A DNA stretch of 63,362 bases, counting the filler, from Reclinomonas americana ATCC 50394 (Eukaryota): the NCBI GenBank assembly GCA_048213135.1. It is 6 parts of 3 records of this genome, joined end to end, with 100 filler letters (N's around TTAATTAATTAA, not from the genome) between each part and the next. Parts side by side here need not be neighbours in the genome. Positions count along the whole stretch, not along the records: positions 27,310 to 38,061 come from PS015720.1; positions 38,162 to 50,102 come from PS015720.1; 4 more parts are not named here. One strand, written 5' to 3'. Made by a program: the position numbers and the translations under genes. The notes beneath the pieces were generated by a model, which did not search any database, was not told the origin of the DNA, and saw only the letters and a list, made by a program, of their open reading frames with translations. Of the stretch, positions 36,375-48,700 are shown piece by piece (the stretch's first letter is position 1; each line of letters opens with the position of its first letter).

Positions 36375-38061
36375 ATGAGTAACCCATATGAGCTCCTCGT
36401 GCGACACTTGGCCTCTCAGCCAAGGTTCGTGCACTCACACACTCACTCACCAATCATTTCGCTCGTCCTCAATCAGTCAGTGTGACCACAACAGACACGC
36501 TGCGGTGTTGGCGCACACGTGCAAGCCGAGCGAGTCTGATGGACTTGCCCGCGCACTGCTCTCGTTTGCGTCGCAGCTGACCGGAGCTCCGCTTCTGCTT
36601 CTGCGGCATCTGTTGACGCAGGAGTTCCGCGCTCACGCTGCCACTGTGCCGCAAAAGATCCTCCGCTCCAACACCATCACCAGCAAGCTGCTGGGCTTGT
36701 ATGCACGCAAGCTGGGCTCGGATTACCTGCGCCTCGTGTTGCGTGGCTTGACCATGGAGCTCATGCAGAAGGAGACGGCGGTGAATCTGGAGTGCGATCC
36801 AGAGTTGCGCACCACCACCTCTCTCTCTCTCTCTCTTTCGTGTGCACCACCACTTGCCGACACCTCTTTCTCTGTGGTGTGTGTGTATGTGTACGCAGTC
36901 GGCTAAAGGACAGCAAGAAGCCGAAAAAGGCGGCACAGCAGGGTCTCAAGCAGCTGCGCGAGTGGACTGTCAAGTTTCTCGACACACTGACGGCCTCCGA
37001 CAATGTGGATCAGCTGCCACGTGAACTGCGCGCTGTTACGCACTACATTCGCCAGCTGGCGTTGGAGTATGACTTGGATGCGGCGCCAGGGTGCTCAGTC
37101 ACCGGGTGTATCGGCGGTTTTTTCATGCTTCGGTGAGTTTTACTGAGGCGGGAGAAGCGCACAATGTTGGCGCACGGGATATCGCATCATTTTCTCGTGC
37201 CTCTTCTTTCCGTGATTCATACGCGTGCGATCACTGTGCTTGGGCACTGCTTGGCCCCGATGCTTTCTCTCTCCCCATTTCCGTTTTCTTCTCCCCCGTT
37301 TCTCTTCGCCTTTTCTTCCCTCTTTCTCACCTCTTCTTCTCTCACCCCGCAGGTTCATCTGCCCGGCCGTCATGGTGCCCTCGTCTTTCGGCATTCTGCC
37401 CAACTCCTTCTCGCCCTCCGCGCACGTGCAACGTAACCTCACGCTGCTGGCCAAAGTGCTACAAAAGATGGCCAACGACGAGACGTTTGATCAGGAAGGG
37501 GAGCCTTATCTGGCCCCCATCAATGATTTGCTGCTGTCGAAACGCGTGCAACTGAAGCGCTTCCTCTTGCGACTGGCCGATGACCCGTACATTTATCGTT
37601 TCGTTAGACTTCTGCGCCTTGCTGTTGAGCGCCTGGCTGAATGGGTGTGGGTATTGTCCGTGCAGATGTTCCCGGTCGTGTGGCGTTCGGTGACCTGCGT
37701 CTGACATCGGCCCAGATTTCCAGCAGTCCGGAGGCTGTCATATTATCGCTGATTGACCGAAAGGACTTGCTGCTGCTGCATCGCATGGTCCACCGCAACA
37801 GTGACATGCTGATGACCATGTTGCACGATGAGATTCACGATGGTGTGCATCACCGCCGTTCTCTTCCCCCCTTTCTCTTGCCGCTCACTCCTGTTTCTTT
37901 TTTTGGCAGCCTCGATCAGCGGCGATGCGCCGGATGTCGACGCCCGCACAGCGGCCGATGCCATCTTCATGGAAATCGTTCACCAGCTCGGTCCACCACC
38001 CAAACCCGGCCACACGCACACAAGATCGGCACCCGGCTTCCAGCTCGACGAGGCCGACTTT
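36375..38061 (+). CDS. RasGAP-domain protein, 3'-truncated
   Basis: Arginine-finger motif ILRSNTITSKLL, plus GSDYLRLVL, GGFFMLR|FICPAVMVP and RNLTLLAKVLQKMAN. Confidence 0.9.
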
Positions 38062-38161
38062 NNNNNNNNNNNNNNNNNNNNNNNNNNNNNNNNNNNNNNN
38101 NNNNNTTAATTAATTAANNNNNNNNNNNNNNNNNNNNNNNNNNNNNNNNNNNNNNNNNNNN
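38062..38161. other. Artificial scaffold linker
   Basis: TTAATTAATTAA at 38106-38117 within Ns. Confidence 0.97.
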
Positions 38162-38538
38162 CCTGCAGCCGCCGTTCACCACACCGCCCACCAAACTGCC
38201 TGCAGGCACACGACACCGCCACACGGACAAACCAGTGCCGCACCAGAAAGAGCGCAGCGGTGGAGGCAGCACGGATATCCGAACTCGCTCGCGCATGGTC
38301 GCAAATGCATACTCGCGCGTGGATATCCACTTCCGAGCATTCTCTCATTTTTTCACATCGGTAAGCGAAGACCACCACCCCTCGCGGTCCCTCCTTCTGC
38401 GCGCTGTGCTGTCCTCGCTCCCCTTGTCTCTCGCTCTTTCTTCTCTCTGTGTGTGTGTGTGTGTGCAGTTGTCTCTCTCTTCTTTCTTTCCCCTCCTCGC
38501 ACACCCTCTTCTCACTCACCACCGCGTGCCATCACAGA

Positions 38539-39130
38539 ATGAAGAGCATTCTCATTACGTTGGCGCTCGCCGTACTGGTGGCGCTGATCGCCGCCGTGTC
38601 GACCACGGAAGCACGCCGCATGGTACGCTACACTCCTTCACTCTCATCTCCTTTCTCCTGCTCATCCCCTCCTCTCCACACGCTAGTCTCGCGACGAAGT
38701 GAAGGAGGTTCTGCGCGACCTCGACGCCCTCGGCTTCTTCGAGACCGAGGACGAGGACGAGGACGAGGAGGCGTACCCGGAGGGCGACGGCACGACCCAG
38801 GCGGCCGACCCGAATGCACCCCCGACAACCACCCCGCCTGCTGATCCCAACGCGACTCAGACACCGCCGCCGCCCCCGCCACCACCGCCACCACCACCAC
38901 CAGCGCCCAAGGTCGACGCCAATGGCGACCAGATGAGCGGCAATGTCTCCGACATGGTCAAGAAGTTTGGCGGCGGCAAGGACAAGAAAGACAAGAAGGC
39001 CAAGAAGAAGGCGAAGAAGGCGGCCAAGAAGGCCAAGAAGGCCAAGAAGAGCAAGCCGGTGGCCACCTACACCGCCATTGACGCCGACTTTGACGACGTT
39101 GACGAGGTCGACGACGAGTTCGACATTTGA
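38539..39130 (+). CDS. Secreted acidic/Pro-rich/Lys-rich protein, paralog 1 (175 aa)
   Basis: Exons 38539-38622 and 38687-39130. Signal peptide, then ARRM|SRDEVKEVLRDLDALGFFETEDEDE, poly-Pro, a KKAKKKAKK tract and an acidic tail. Confidence 0.8.
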
Positions 39131-39251
39131 GCAGATGAGGAGAGGATAACACGCAAGAATGAAGTACTCGTGTGAATAACAAAACAGACAATCAGAGAAC
39201 TGTGTGTGTGGTGTGTGCGTGTGCGAGTAGGAGAGGAAGGCACGTATTTCG

Positions 39252-39340
39252 CTGGTGCTCACTCTCAAGATGGCGATCATAATGCAGCTATGTGTTGCTG
39301 TTTGGATTAGTAAAGTTATCGTTGTCGTATTGTTGTTGTT
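39252..39340. repeat. Dispersed ~90-bp repeat, copy A
   Basis: ctggtgctcact...caagatggcgatcataatgcagct...gtgttgctgtttggattagtaaagtt is similar to the copies at 58371-58540. Confidence 0.8.
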
Positions 39341-39462
39341 GGTGGTGCGATAGCAAACACACATCATGGTCGTGAGGATATCTGGATTTCGCGAGCACGG
39401 CGCGCACTCTTTATCTACTGTGTTTTCGCTGCGCATTCGGGAGCAAGCACGCAAGACCGAGC

Positions 39463-40031
39463 ATGCGAGTTTCTGTCGCGGTAATCACCGCGCTCTTGAG
39501 CGTGTTGATGCTGGCGGCCACCATGAGTGACGCGCGACGCATGGTCTCTGTCAGCACTCTCTTCCCTTCTCGCAGTCTCTCTCTCTCTCTCACACACGCG
39601 CGCAGACTAAGTCCGAGGCACAGCGACTCGTGCACGAGCTCGACGCACTCGGCTTCTTCGAGACCGACGACGACGATGAGCAAGAAGAGCCCATGGAGGC
39701 GTTCCCCAAGGGCGGAGGCGGAGGCGGTGCCAAGGTGGCCTCGCAGCTCCTGAAGACCGGCCTCGAGAACTCTGCCACCGACTCTGCTGAGGGCAGCAGC
39801 TCTGGAGCCGATGGTGGAGCTGGCGTTGGTGGCCTTCCCACAGGCACAGGTGGTCTGCCGCTGGATCAGCTGCCAATGAACGCCGGAGGAGGAGGCTCGC
39901 CGATGGATCAGCTCTCCAAGATGAAGAAGCCAAAGATGCCAAAGATGCCCAAGCTGCCGTTTGGCGGTGGCAAGAAGAAGAAGAAGAAGGACAAGAAGAA
40001 GAAGGATAAGAAGCCCAAGCCTGTCATGTAA
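39463..40031 (+). CDS. Secreted acidic/Gly-rich/Lys-rich protein, paralog 2 (168 aa)
   Basis: Exons 39463-39543 and 39606-40031. Signal peptide, then ARRM|TKSEAQRLVHELDALGFFETDDDDE, and C-terminal FGGGKKKKKKDKKKKDKKPKPV. Confidence 0.8.
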
Positions 40032-40101
40032 GTCGACCAATATAGACTGACGTCTGGCGGTGGAAGTTGTCCCCCCTCGTCCACTCTTTTTCTTTGCGAC
40101 G

Positions 40102-40689
40102 ATGGACATCTTGAGAAAGGATGAGATGCGCGCCGAGTTGCGAGAAGAGGGCCGTGCACTGCAGCGTGAACTGGAGCGCTTGGTGGCGCATGCCAAGGCG
40201 CGGTGGCTGAGATCATGTTTCGTCTCTCGTTCTTCTCTCTCTCTTGCGCCCTCTCTCTCTTCTTTCGTCTCACACCACTGCGTTGACGCAGCCTCTGCCG
40301 CCGCACCACCACCACCGTCGTCATCATCAGAAGGGAGAACAGCGAGTGCGTGCGCATGTGTGATCCAGTCGCTCTCTCTCTCGCTCAATCTCTCATCTCC
40401 TCTCACACAGCTCAACATGTCGACCTGTCGACGAGAAAGCGTGCGAATGGTGCGCGCGTGCGCGTGTGTGTTGTCTGTTTTCCTCCATCATCGCCCACCG
40501 CGTGCTGCAGAGACAGAACCGGGACGTGCAGATGAAGACGAGGGAGCACAGCAGCGCAAGAGACCAGCACCTGCGCCTTCTTCTTCCTCTTCGTCGAGTG
40601 GTGGACGACAGGGACACATTGAGGAGTTCTTTGGTTCTGCGGCTTCGGGGTCTGGCAAGCCGCGACTGAAGCTGCAGTACCTGAAGTGA
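40102..40689 (+). CDS. Small protein with an N-terminal helix and a C-terminal PIP-box-like motif
   Basis: Four exons joined in frame by GT-AG introns. Reads MDILRKDEMRAEL...RKRP...QGHIEEFF...KLQYLK*. Confidence 0.6.
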   Translation: MDILRKDEMRAELREEGRALQRELERLVAHAKARWLRSCFVSRSSLSLAPSLSSFVSHHCVDAASAAAPPPPSSSSEGRTASACACVIQSLSLSLNLSSPLTQLNMSTCRRESVRMVRACACVLSVFLHHRPPRAAETEPGRADEDEGAQQRKRPAPAPSSSSSSSGGRQGHIEEFFGSAASGSGKPRLKLQYLK

Positions 40690-40710
40690 AGTGCAGAGAG
40701 TGTGTTCAAT

Positions 40711-40993
40711 TCATTCGTAGTGTCTGGGTCGGTGGCGCGGTGGCGAGTCACCCGTTGGACGGTGGTCGGGCGGTCTCTTGCCTGTCGCTGCCGGGTGGTG
40801 CTGTCCACTCGATGAGGCGTGATGCTGGTGGTGGTGGTGCGCCGGCGGAGGTGGCGGTGGAGGACGGGAGCCGGATGGCGGTGCCGGCCGATTCGCGCGC
40901 TCCACGCGCTTCTCGACCTCTGCGATGAGCGCGTCGCGACTCAGTGCCTGCGCCGCAGCCTGCATACATTCACACGCATCAGCCAGCGAAAAA

Positions 40994-41035
<42 letters not shown>

Positions 41036-42479
41036 AGGACTGTGCACGCTTGTACCTCCAGCGTGTCGATAATGGTGGTCGAGTAATTCGCCTTGTCCTT
41101 GTCGTGCCGACGCCGCTGGAGAACCCAGTCGCCACGCTCACTGTCATACGCACACTCCACAATCACACCATTCACGTCGTCACTCTGCAGCGGCGCGCAC
41201 GGGTGACTGACGCGAACAAGAACGATGCACGCAACAGAGGCGACCAACCTCCAGCCACTTGTGGCGCTGCGCCTCGGTCAAGTCCACCGAGCGATACCGA
41301 CTGGGTCTCTTCTCGGGCGCATTGCCCTGGTAGTACAAGTAGCAGCGTTTCTCGCCATCTGCCACCCCTCCCGCGGTAAGACAACCACACTCAGACCATG
41401 CACTGCACGCAGGCTCACCAGGCAGCGTCTCCACGTGCAGCTGAAAGTCGACCGAGTTCATCGACGGATACTTCCACTTGAGCAAGTCGACACACGTGTT
41501 GGGCACGTACGGCAGTTTCACTGGCGTAAACACCACGCCGTCGGTGACATGGTACATTCCACGGTCCTGCGACACAGCCACACTCGTCAGAGCCACATCA
41601 CCCAGTGTGCGCTTGCCAAGCGAGCAACTGACCGGATTCTGGTACACATAGGTCTCCGAATGACCCGACTCCTCGTCGCCGTGCTCCAGCTTGGAGATGC
41701 GCGAAAAGAGCTGGCGAATGTCGCTCACCTTCACCAGCTCCTTGGTCATGATGGGGAACGGCAGCGGGCGCTCAAAGCTGGCAAACATGTTGCAGATTTG
41801 CGCCGCCGGATCCATGCGCGTGTGAATGTTGTCGTGATGCTCCATGGGCACGCCCACCAGCCGAATGGCGTCGAACACCAAGAACGACCACTGGTGCGTC
41901 GAGTGGTTGCGGATGAGCTCACCATCCAACAGCGTCTCCACCGAGAGATTGGTGGTGTGCGGCAGCAGCGCCCGCCTCGCATCGTGCAGCGCATGCGCGG
42001 GAAAGTTGGGCACGACAAAGAACGAGAACGTGCGGTCAATCAGGTAGCACGGATGGTAGTCGCCCAGTGCATCCTCTCGCACATCGGGCCAGTAGAGAAA
42101 GTAGCGAGTGCCGTCGGTCTTCTCCAGCACCACATACTCGCGCATAACGACCTGTCACACACAGATGAGCCTTTCTTTCACACACTCTCTCTTCTGCATG
42201 CACACACACACACACACACAACTTGGTCCAGGTGACGCTTGCCAAAGGTGACTGCCATGGAGCCCGGGAACTGCCAGCTGCTTCCGCCTCCCTGCTGCCC
42301 ACGCACACACGTGATGACAGCCGCGCGCAGTTCTCCCTGTCGCGCCCACTCCGGATCGTTGCGCGACCTGGCGAGCTTGGACAGACCGAGCTCCATTCTC
42401 ACGCAACACACAGTCAGAGAGACCAGAGACGGGGTCGAGACGCACACAGGAGGTCGTCGAGGACAAGATTGACGTTCAT
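40711..42479 (-). CDS. mRNA capping enzyme, stand-alone guanylyltransferase
   Basis: FPGS plus motif I EKTDGTRY, III TLLDGEL, IIIa FLVFDAI, IV TDGVVFTP, V LLKWK and VI RRRHDKDKAN. Confidence 0.93.
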
Positions 42480-42486
42480 TGGACGT

Positions 42487-43274
42487 TCATTGTGTTGTCG
42501 ACGTCGGTGGCGCCATGCTAAAGGCGTCCATGAGAGCCTCCACGGCAATGGTCTCTGCCGAGTTGAGTCGCAGCAGAATGCCGCGTAACCTATCCACATC
42601 CGACGTCTCCTGCACATGCTGCTCCTTGCTCATGTCGTACACTAGTCGGAAAGCACAGGCAACGCGCAGCGGATCCACGACATCATTCGCCCGCAGCAGC
42701 GCATCTGACGCATCGACAAACACACACTGCTCAGAGTCCGCAGCAAGCAAGCCAACGATCAAACAAAAGGGCGCGCACCCTGCTCTCTCCCCTCGTGAGC
42801 CACCGGCGCACTCATCTCCACACACATGCTCTCCACCGCCACGCGTTTCCTGCGCGCCGCCTTGCCCAGATGCACCTCCGACAGCTCCCGCTCAAACAGC
42901 TCCCGCACAGCACGCACAAACTCGACACGCGAGGCGCGTCGAGGCAACTGCGCCACCACGCGCTGAAACTCGAGCGGATGCATCGCAAAGTACGACAAGT
43001 GGGCGCCGACAAACGCCAGGCTCTCACGAACACGTGATGCATCATCTCTCTCCTCGCCTCCCTCCTCCTCCTCTTCTCCTGTGCCTTCGCTGGAGGAGAC
43101 CAGTGCACCAGTCTCCTTCTCCAGCAGCTCAATGAGTCGCGCCAGACGTGCAAATCCCCCTCCGCCACTGCCACTGCCACCAGTGGATGCTGCAAAGAGG
43201 TCTGCGCGACTGTGCGTGTGAGGCATCTGAGAGAGACAGAGGCAGAGAAGCACGTCACCTTTCCACGCAGACAT
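42487..43274 (-). CDS. Helical protein of unknown function (~200 aa)
   Basis: Three exons reading MSAWK|DLFAAS...FARLARLIELLEK...DRLRGILLRLNSAETIAVEALMDAF...TTQ*. Confidence 0.6.
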
Positions 43275-43321
43275 GATTGATCGCTTGAGGAGACTGACAG
43301 CGCAGGACACAGCGATCATTC

Positions 43322-45100
43322 ATGGGCAAGTCGGTGAGCTGTGAGACGTGTTCCTCTTCTCTATGCGTGCGTGCTTCCTGTGTCTCATGCCTCGCTGCAG
43401 GCAGTAGAATGGGGCTCCGACGACACACCACCCGACTCGCAAGAGGAGGTGGTGTTTGAGGACGATGTGGCGCGTCGGAAGCGGCGTTTGAAGAGGTACG
43501 AGCAGTGCGACTAACTGCTCCGTGTTGGCATGCTCACCTGTGTGTGCGTGTGCGTGCAGTTTGCTGAACGTGGTCGTACTCGGATTGTCATTCTGCATTG
43601 TTTTCTCCGCATTTCAGCCGACACAGGTGCTGCCGGCTTCGTCTCTCTCTCTCCTGTGTCTGTGTGTGTGCTCACCACCACCACCACCACGCTAGGCATT
43701 CATGACGACGCTGAACAAGACGCTGGGATACATTGCGCTGGCGGTGTTGTACTTTGCATTTGCGGTGACCACCTTCCCGGCGCCACTCATTGTCAAGAAG
43801 CTCGGTGTGCGTCTGTCGCTGATTGTCGGCGGCGCCACCTATGTGCTCTTCGAGGCGGCGTCGATTGCCAGCACCCCTGACTTGCTCATTCCGGCGGCTG
43901 TGGTGATTGGAGTTGGTGCCGGTGTGCTGTGGACGGCGCAGGGCGAGTATGTGGCCCGCTGTGCCGACAAGGACAACCTCGGCATCCTCAATGGCGTGGT
44001 GCGTGTGTGTGTGTGTGTGCTGCAGTTGACGCTCATCCGTCGGCCGTGCGCTGAGGGATGTCTCTTTCGATGCAGTTCTTCGGCTTGTTCCAGATCAGCA
44101 GTCTCATCGGCAACGTCGGTGTCTCGGTGCTGATCAACAAGGGCACGAGCACGCGCCTCATCTTCACCGTGTTGACCATTGTGGCCGGCGGTGGCGTCGC
44201 TCTCATGATGCTGCTCGGCCGAGTCGACCCCAAGAAAGAGGTGCTCGCCAAGGGCGTTGCAGCTCCACCGCCGCTCACCATGTGGCAGGAGATCTCTGTC
44301 ACCGGGCAGGTCATCAGCACCAAGGAGTTTCTGTGTCTCACCGGCCTCATCTTTTACAGCGGCATCAGGTTTGTGTGTGTTTTTTCCCCCGTGTGCTGTC
44401 ACTGACAGTAGCAGTCGACCTCACCGGTGCCACACAGCCAAGCGTGGTTCAACGGCAAGTACCCGCCATTCTTGGGCGAGAACAATGTCGGCTGGTTCAT
44501 GGCGGCCGTGGGTGGCGCGGAGATCCTGGGCTCTGTGGGCCTCGGCAAGCTGGGAGATCGCGTCGGTCGCAACATTACAATTTTCCTCGCCATGTTCCTG
44601 TCGGCGGTGGCCATTGGCCTGTCGTACTTGACGTACTACAAGAACACGACGGTTGTGTTTCTCTTCACGGGCATCGCGTTCGGTTTCGGCGATGCCGGCC
44701 TCAACACGCAGGTGTACTCTCTCTTGGCGACGATTTACGAACGACGTCCTTCCGCCGCCTATGCCGGTTGCGTCGCATGCATTTTGGTCAAGGGAACATT
44801 TTTTCGGCATGTTGACACTCCTTGCCGCCAGGTTTCAAGTTTGTGCAGAGTCTGGCCATGTGTGTCACACTGGTGTGTGGCATCTGGGTCGAGTACATGG
44901 ACTATCTCATCATGGTGTCGAGCCTGTGGGGCGTGGCTCTCGCCCTCTACATCTTCATGGTACTGAAGGTCTACAACGCCGACAAGTTGAGCGCCGCCGC
45001 TGCGGCATCGTCTTCGGCGTCGCCCGATGTCGAGGAACGTGAGAAGCTGCTGCCGGCCGGCAACCGACCGCACAGCGTCAACGCTGGCAGTCGCGCCTGA
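43322..45100 (+). CDS. UNC-93-like MFS transporter
   Basis: Motifs NVVVLGLSFCIVFSAF, FPAPLIVKKLG, GAGVLWTAQGEYV, FGLFQISSLIGN, LGKLGDRVG and GFGDAGLNTQ. Confidence 0.88.
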
Positions 45101-45154
45101 AACACACAGACCCCCATAGCGCCCTAAGTAAACAACATCTCGTTCTTCATCACT

Positions 45155-45729
45155 TTACAAATAGTTCCACACGTACTCGGGCCGCGGTGGTCCACCACCG
45201 GCCGGAACAGGAGGGTGAGACGAAGGAGGAGGAAGGGAGGCGCCGGTCCCGCTCAGTCCGTTGGTGTCGGCGATATACTTCGGCGATCGACAGCGCAAGC
45301 CGTCGTCGGCGACATGATACCGTGTTTGTCGCGCCGGTGGCGCAACATTCGAGAGACGGTCCATTAGCACTTGTCGCACATGGTGCACGTCCGCATCCTT
45401 GCTGCCGGCGGCCACACCTGGCACATCGCGCACCGGTGGCGAGCTCGAGTACGCCACACGCGAAACACCGCCACCGCCTCGAGGAGCAGGTGCCACGTAA
45501 CGTGATCGCGCAGTAGGATCTGCTGGTGCTGTTGCATTTGCCGTCCTTGTCGTTGTTGTCGCCGTCGTCGTCGCCGTCGTCGCTACTGTCGACCTGGCCA
45601 CACTGTCCAAGTAGACGTACTGCACGTGCGCCGGTGCCGGTGCACGGCTTCCCGAGTGTCGGCCATGCACGTTTGCAGCAGCAGGCGCAAACTCCACCAC
45701 CTGACTGCCGCGCCTGCTACTTTTCGTGC

Positions 45730-45764
<35 letters not shown>

Positions 45765-48700
45765 CGAGCACCTTTCGTGGCCGCTCTCGTCGTCGGAGAT
45801 GACGGCAGTGGCCGCGCATCCTCACCACCTGCCAGACTCTGGTACTGCAGTGGTGGGGGCGCCGCAGCGTCTGTTCCCACTCGACGGTAATGATGATGCC
45901 TCTCTGCCAGCAGACGAGGAGGTGCAGCTTGTGGTGGTGGTGGTGGTGGTGGCTGTGGCGGAGGCGATGCCGGGTCTGGTGGCGTCCAGAGTGCAGAGGC
46001 CAGTGGTGTCGGTGAGCTCGGACGCGCCGAAACGGGTTCACTCATGCCGGCCGGCGATCGTCGATCGGCGTACTGCAATCAAGCAGACAGACACAGAATG
46101 CTCAATGAATGCACGTGCGAGACAACTCTCGAGAAACAGCTTGCTCACCTCCGGCGGTGAAAATGGTTGTCGCTGCTCGTGCGTGATGGTGCCGTCGAGG
46201 TCGACTGCACGCGCCTCCTGCAGCACTTGCAGCGCTCGCAGTTTCGCCTCCTTCTCCTCCAGCTTGCGTTGCAGCATGAGACGCGTGGACTGTCGCTTGC
46301 TTCGTCGTTGTTGACGTCTACAGACTGAGGGTGAGTCGTCGAATACATTCGACATCGAGGCAGGCACCATCACGCACGTGTCCTTGCGCTGTGTTATTCT
46401 GAGGAGCTCCAGCTCGGCTGACGTCAGGCTCTCTGGTACCACCTGCGAGTGGTGCGGTGAGATGGACGAGAAAAAACGCGGAGCGACAGAGAGGGAGAGA
46501 CACACACATACCCCGACATCCAACGCCGTTGATCCGTTCGACTCTGCGCTGCGATTGCGCATGCGCAGCAGCTCTTGCTCGGTGCTTGTCAACAGGCCGT
46601 CGAGACATGTATAGGGCACTGAAGACAGCTCCGCATCGTCTTCGGTTTCATGCACCACCGATGCGCGGCGTGCAGGCGACGCGTTTTCCCTTGAGCGATC
46701 TGCGAGGCCAGGTGGTGAGCGAGTGAACCGGATCATTGCGTGCGCACTGCAGACTCAACATGTCTGCCACGAGGGCGGCGGTGGAAGTGTGTGGATGGAT
46801 GCAGTCTCTCGCAGCTATACACAGGAGACGCATGAGTGAGAGATGTTATTGGGTAGCTCCAAAAACGCCATGCACGACGCACCACACGCGTTAGCCGATC
46901 GAGCTCGTGACTGATGGTTCGACATGTCTGCACGGAGGGTCAGCAGTCAGCGATCGCAGAGTCCTGCTACGCGCGCCTGCCTTGCTCACGAACCTCACTG
47001 AGAGCGCCGTCGGACGACGAGTGAGTAGCGCTGGTCACTGTTGTTTTTGTGGTGTGCGTGGAATAGTGATCGTGGTCGCGGTAGAGATCCTCGCGGTAAT
47101 GCATCCGACGCTCCTCGGCCTGGCGAAGCTGCTCTTGCGCTGTTGTTGTACTTGGCAGGTGAGCTTCAATCGCAAGAGACGTGATGAATTCGAGCGACCA
47201 CACCTTGCTGAATGGTCGTGTGGAACTGGTGAATGAGGGCACGTGTTTCCTCGCCATCGGACGAGCACTGCAGAGGTGTAACTGGTGGGATCCACTGTGG
47301 CCGCGAAGACACAGTGATCATTGTGAGACTAGCTCACCTCGCTGCACGGACTGCGGCGACTATCAAAGTGATCGCGGTGAGCGGGCGGCGATGGACTCCG
47401 GCTGTTTGCATGGGAACAGAAAGTGAGAAGAATCGCATGCACAGATTAATCGTGACGTGACAGCACCTGCTTGGCGCGTACCGCCGTTGATCGCCGATGG
47501 CCCATTGCTGCCAGCCACCAAACAATCAGTGAGTGACAGGTGGCGTGACACGCAACACCGTCCGCAGAAAACAACGCACCGCACGATCGTATGTCACGAA
47601 CGAGTTGCCGACCATCGCATCCCTTGTGCTCGGACTGCTGCTACTCGACGAGTCAGCGCAACTGTGACAACTCACCAAACAGTGCCAATCTTTCTCACCG
47701 TTGTTGCGGTGTGGGCTGGTCAGCGGTCTGTGAGGAGCGTGAAGCGCGCGGTGGTGGTGATCGCCTCTGTGTGTGGCGCACAACATTGATGTCAGAACGC
47801 TTGGCGGGCATGGATATGCTTGCGCGAAGTGTCCCCCTCACCGTAGGTGATGTGGCTGCTGTACGAAGGTCGCTGCGCATATCCTGCTCATGCAAATGCG
47901 CACTGTGAAAACGATTGGATGGAAAGCAACTCTGCTCCACCGCATCCTCCTCACCAGGGCAACTGCAGGGCTGCGCACGTCAATCAACAGTGGCGATGTG
48001 CCAACATCGGTACGTTTGCGTGGCGGCAGGGGCGGTGGAGGCGACGACGGAGGTGACAGAGAGGAGGACGATGAGAGTGGCGACAGCGGTGGAGCCTGCA
48101 GAGATTGCAAAGTGATGAGGTCGAGGTGTGTCGCGCGCTCTGTGTCTCTGTGTTCCTACCTGATGCTGCGGTCTTGCATCGAGTGCCATGACAGGATGCG
48201 GTTGCGCAAGAGGCGACCCAGCTGCGCGGACACTGGCGGTTGTTGCTGATCCAGAGGACGCAGTTGACGAATTCCCTGAAGAGGAGCCAGACAGCGATGA
48301 TGACGCCGACGACGATGCCAGTGGAACACGCTGCACAGGTCATGCCAAAATGAGTGCGATGCAGAACACAACAGCAGCCGGAGAAGCACAAACTCTCGAA
48401 GGCGACAGCGTGTGTGGCGTAGAGGGCAGTGCAGGTGGTGACGGAGCTCGCGGCTCACGACGCTGCGTGCACAGAATCACACAGCGCAGTAAGTAATCGA
48501 CTCACGCAGACACTGCGTCGCCATCACTCGTACCGTCTGCCCGTCACGCGCAACTGCCGGTGGCTGTGACGGCATGGTCCCAACTAGTGCGCTGTACATG
48601 TACGCCTGCCCACCCGAAAAAGGTGTTGGCGAGCAGCGATAAACCAAAATCACCCGTGCGATGGCATGCCGTACCTCGTCATGCACGGTGCGAGAGATGG

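Noticed and set aside
40197..40290. GC donor in the PIP-box gene
   Set aside because: A GT donor at ~40217 gives the coherent reading frame.
46038..46045. Apparent stop/start overlap between ORFs 46038-46736 and 45155-46078
   Set aside because: A GT-AG intron joins FSPPE to YADRR in frame, so this is one gene.
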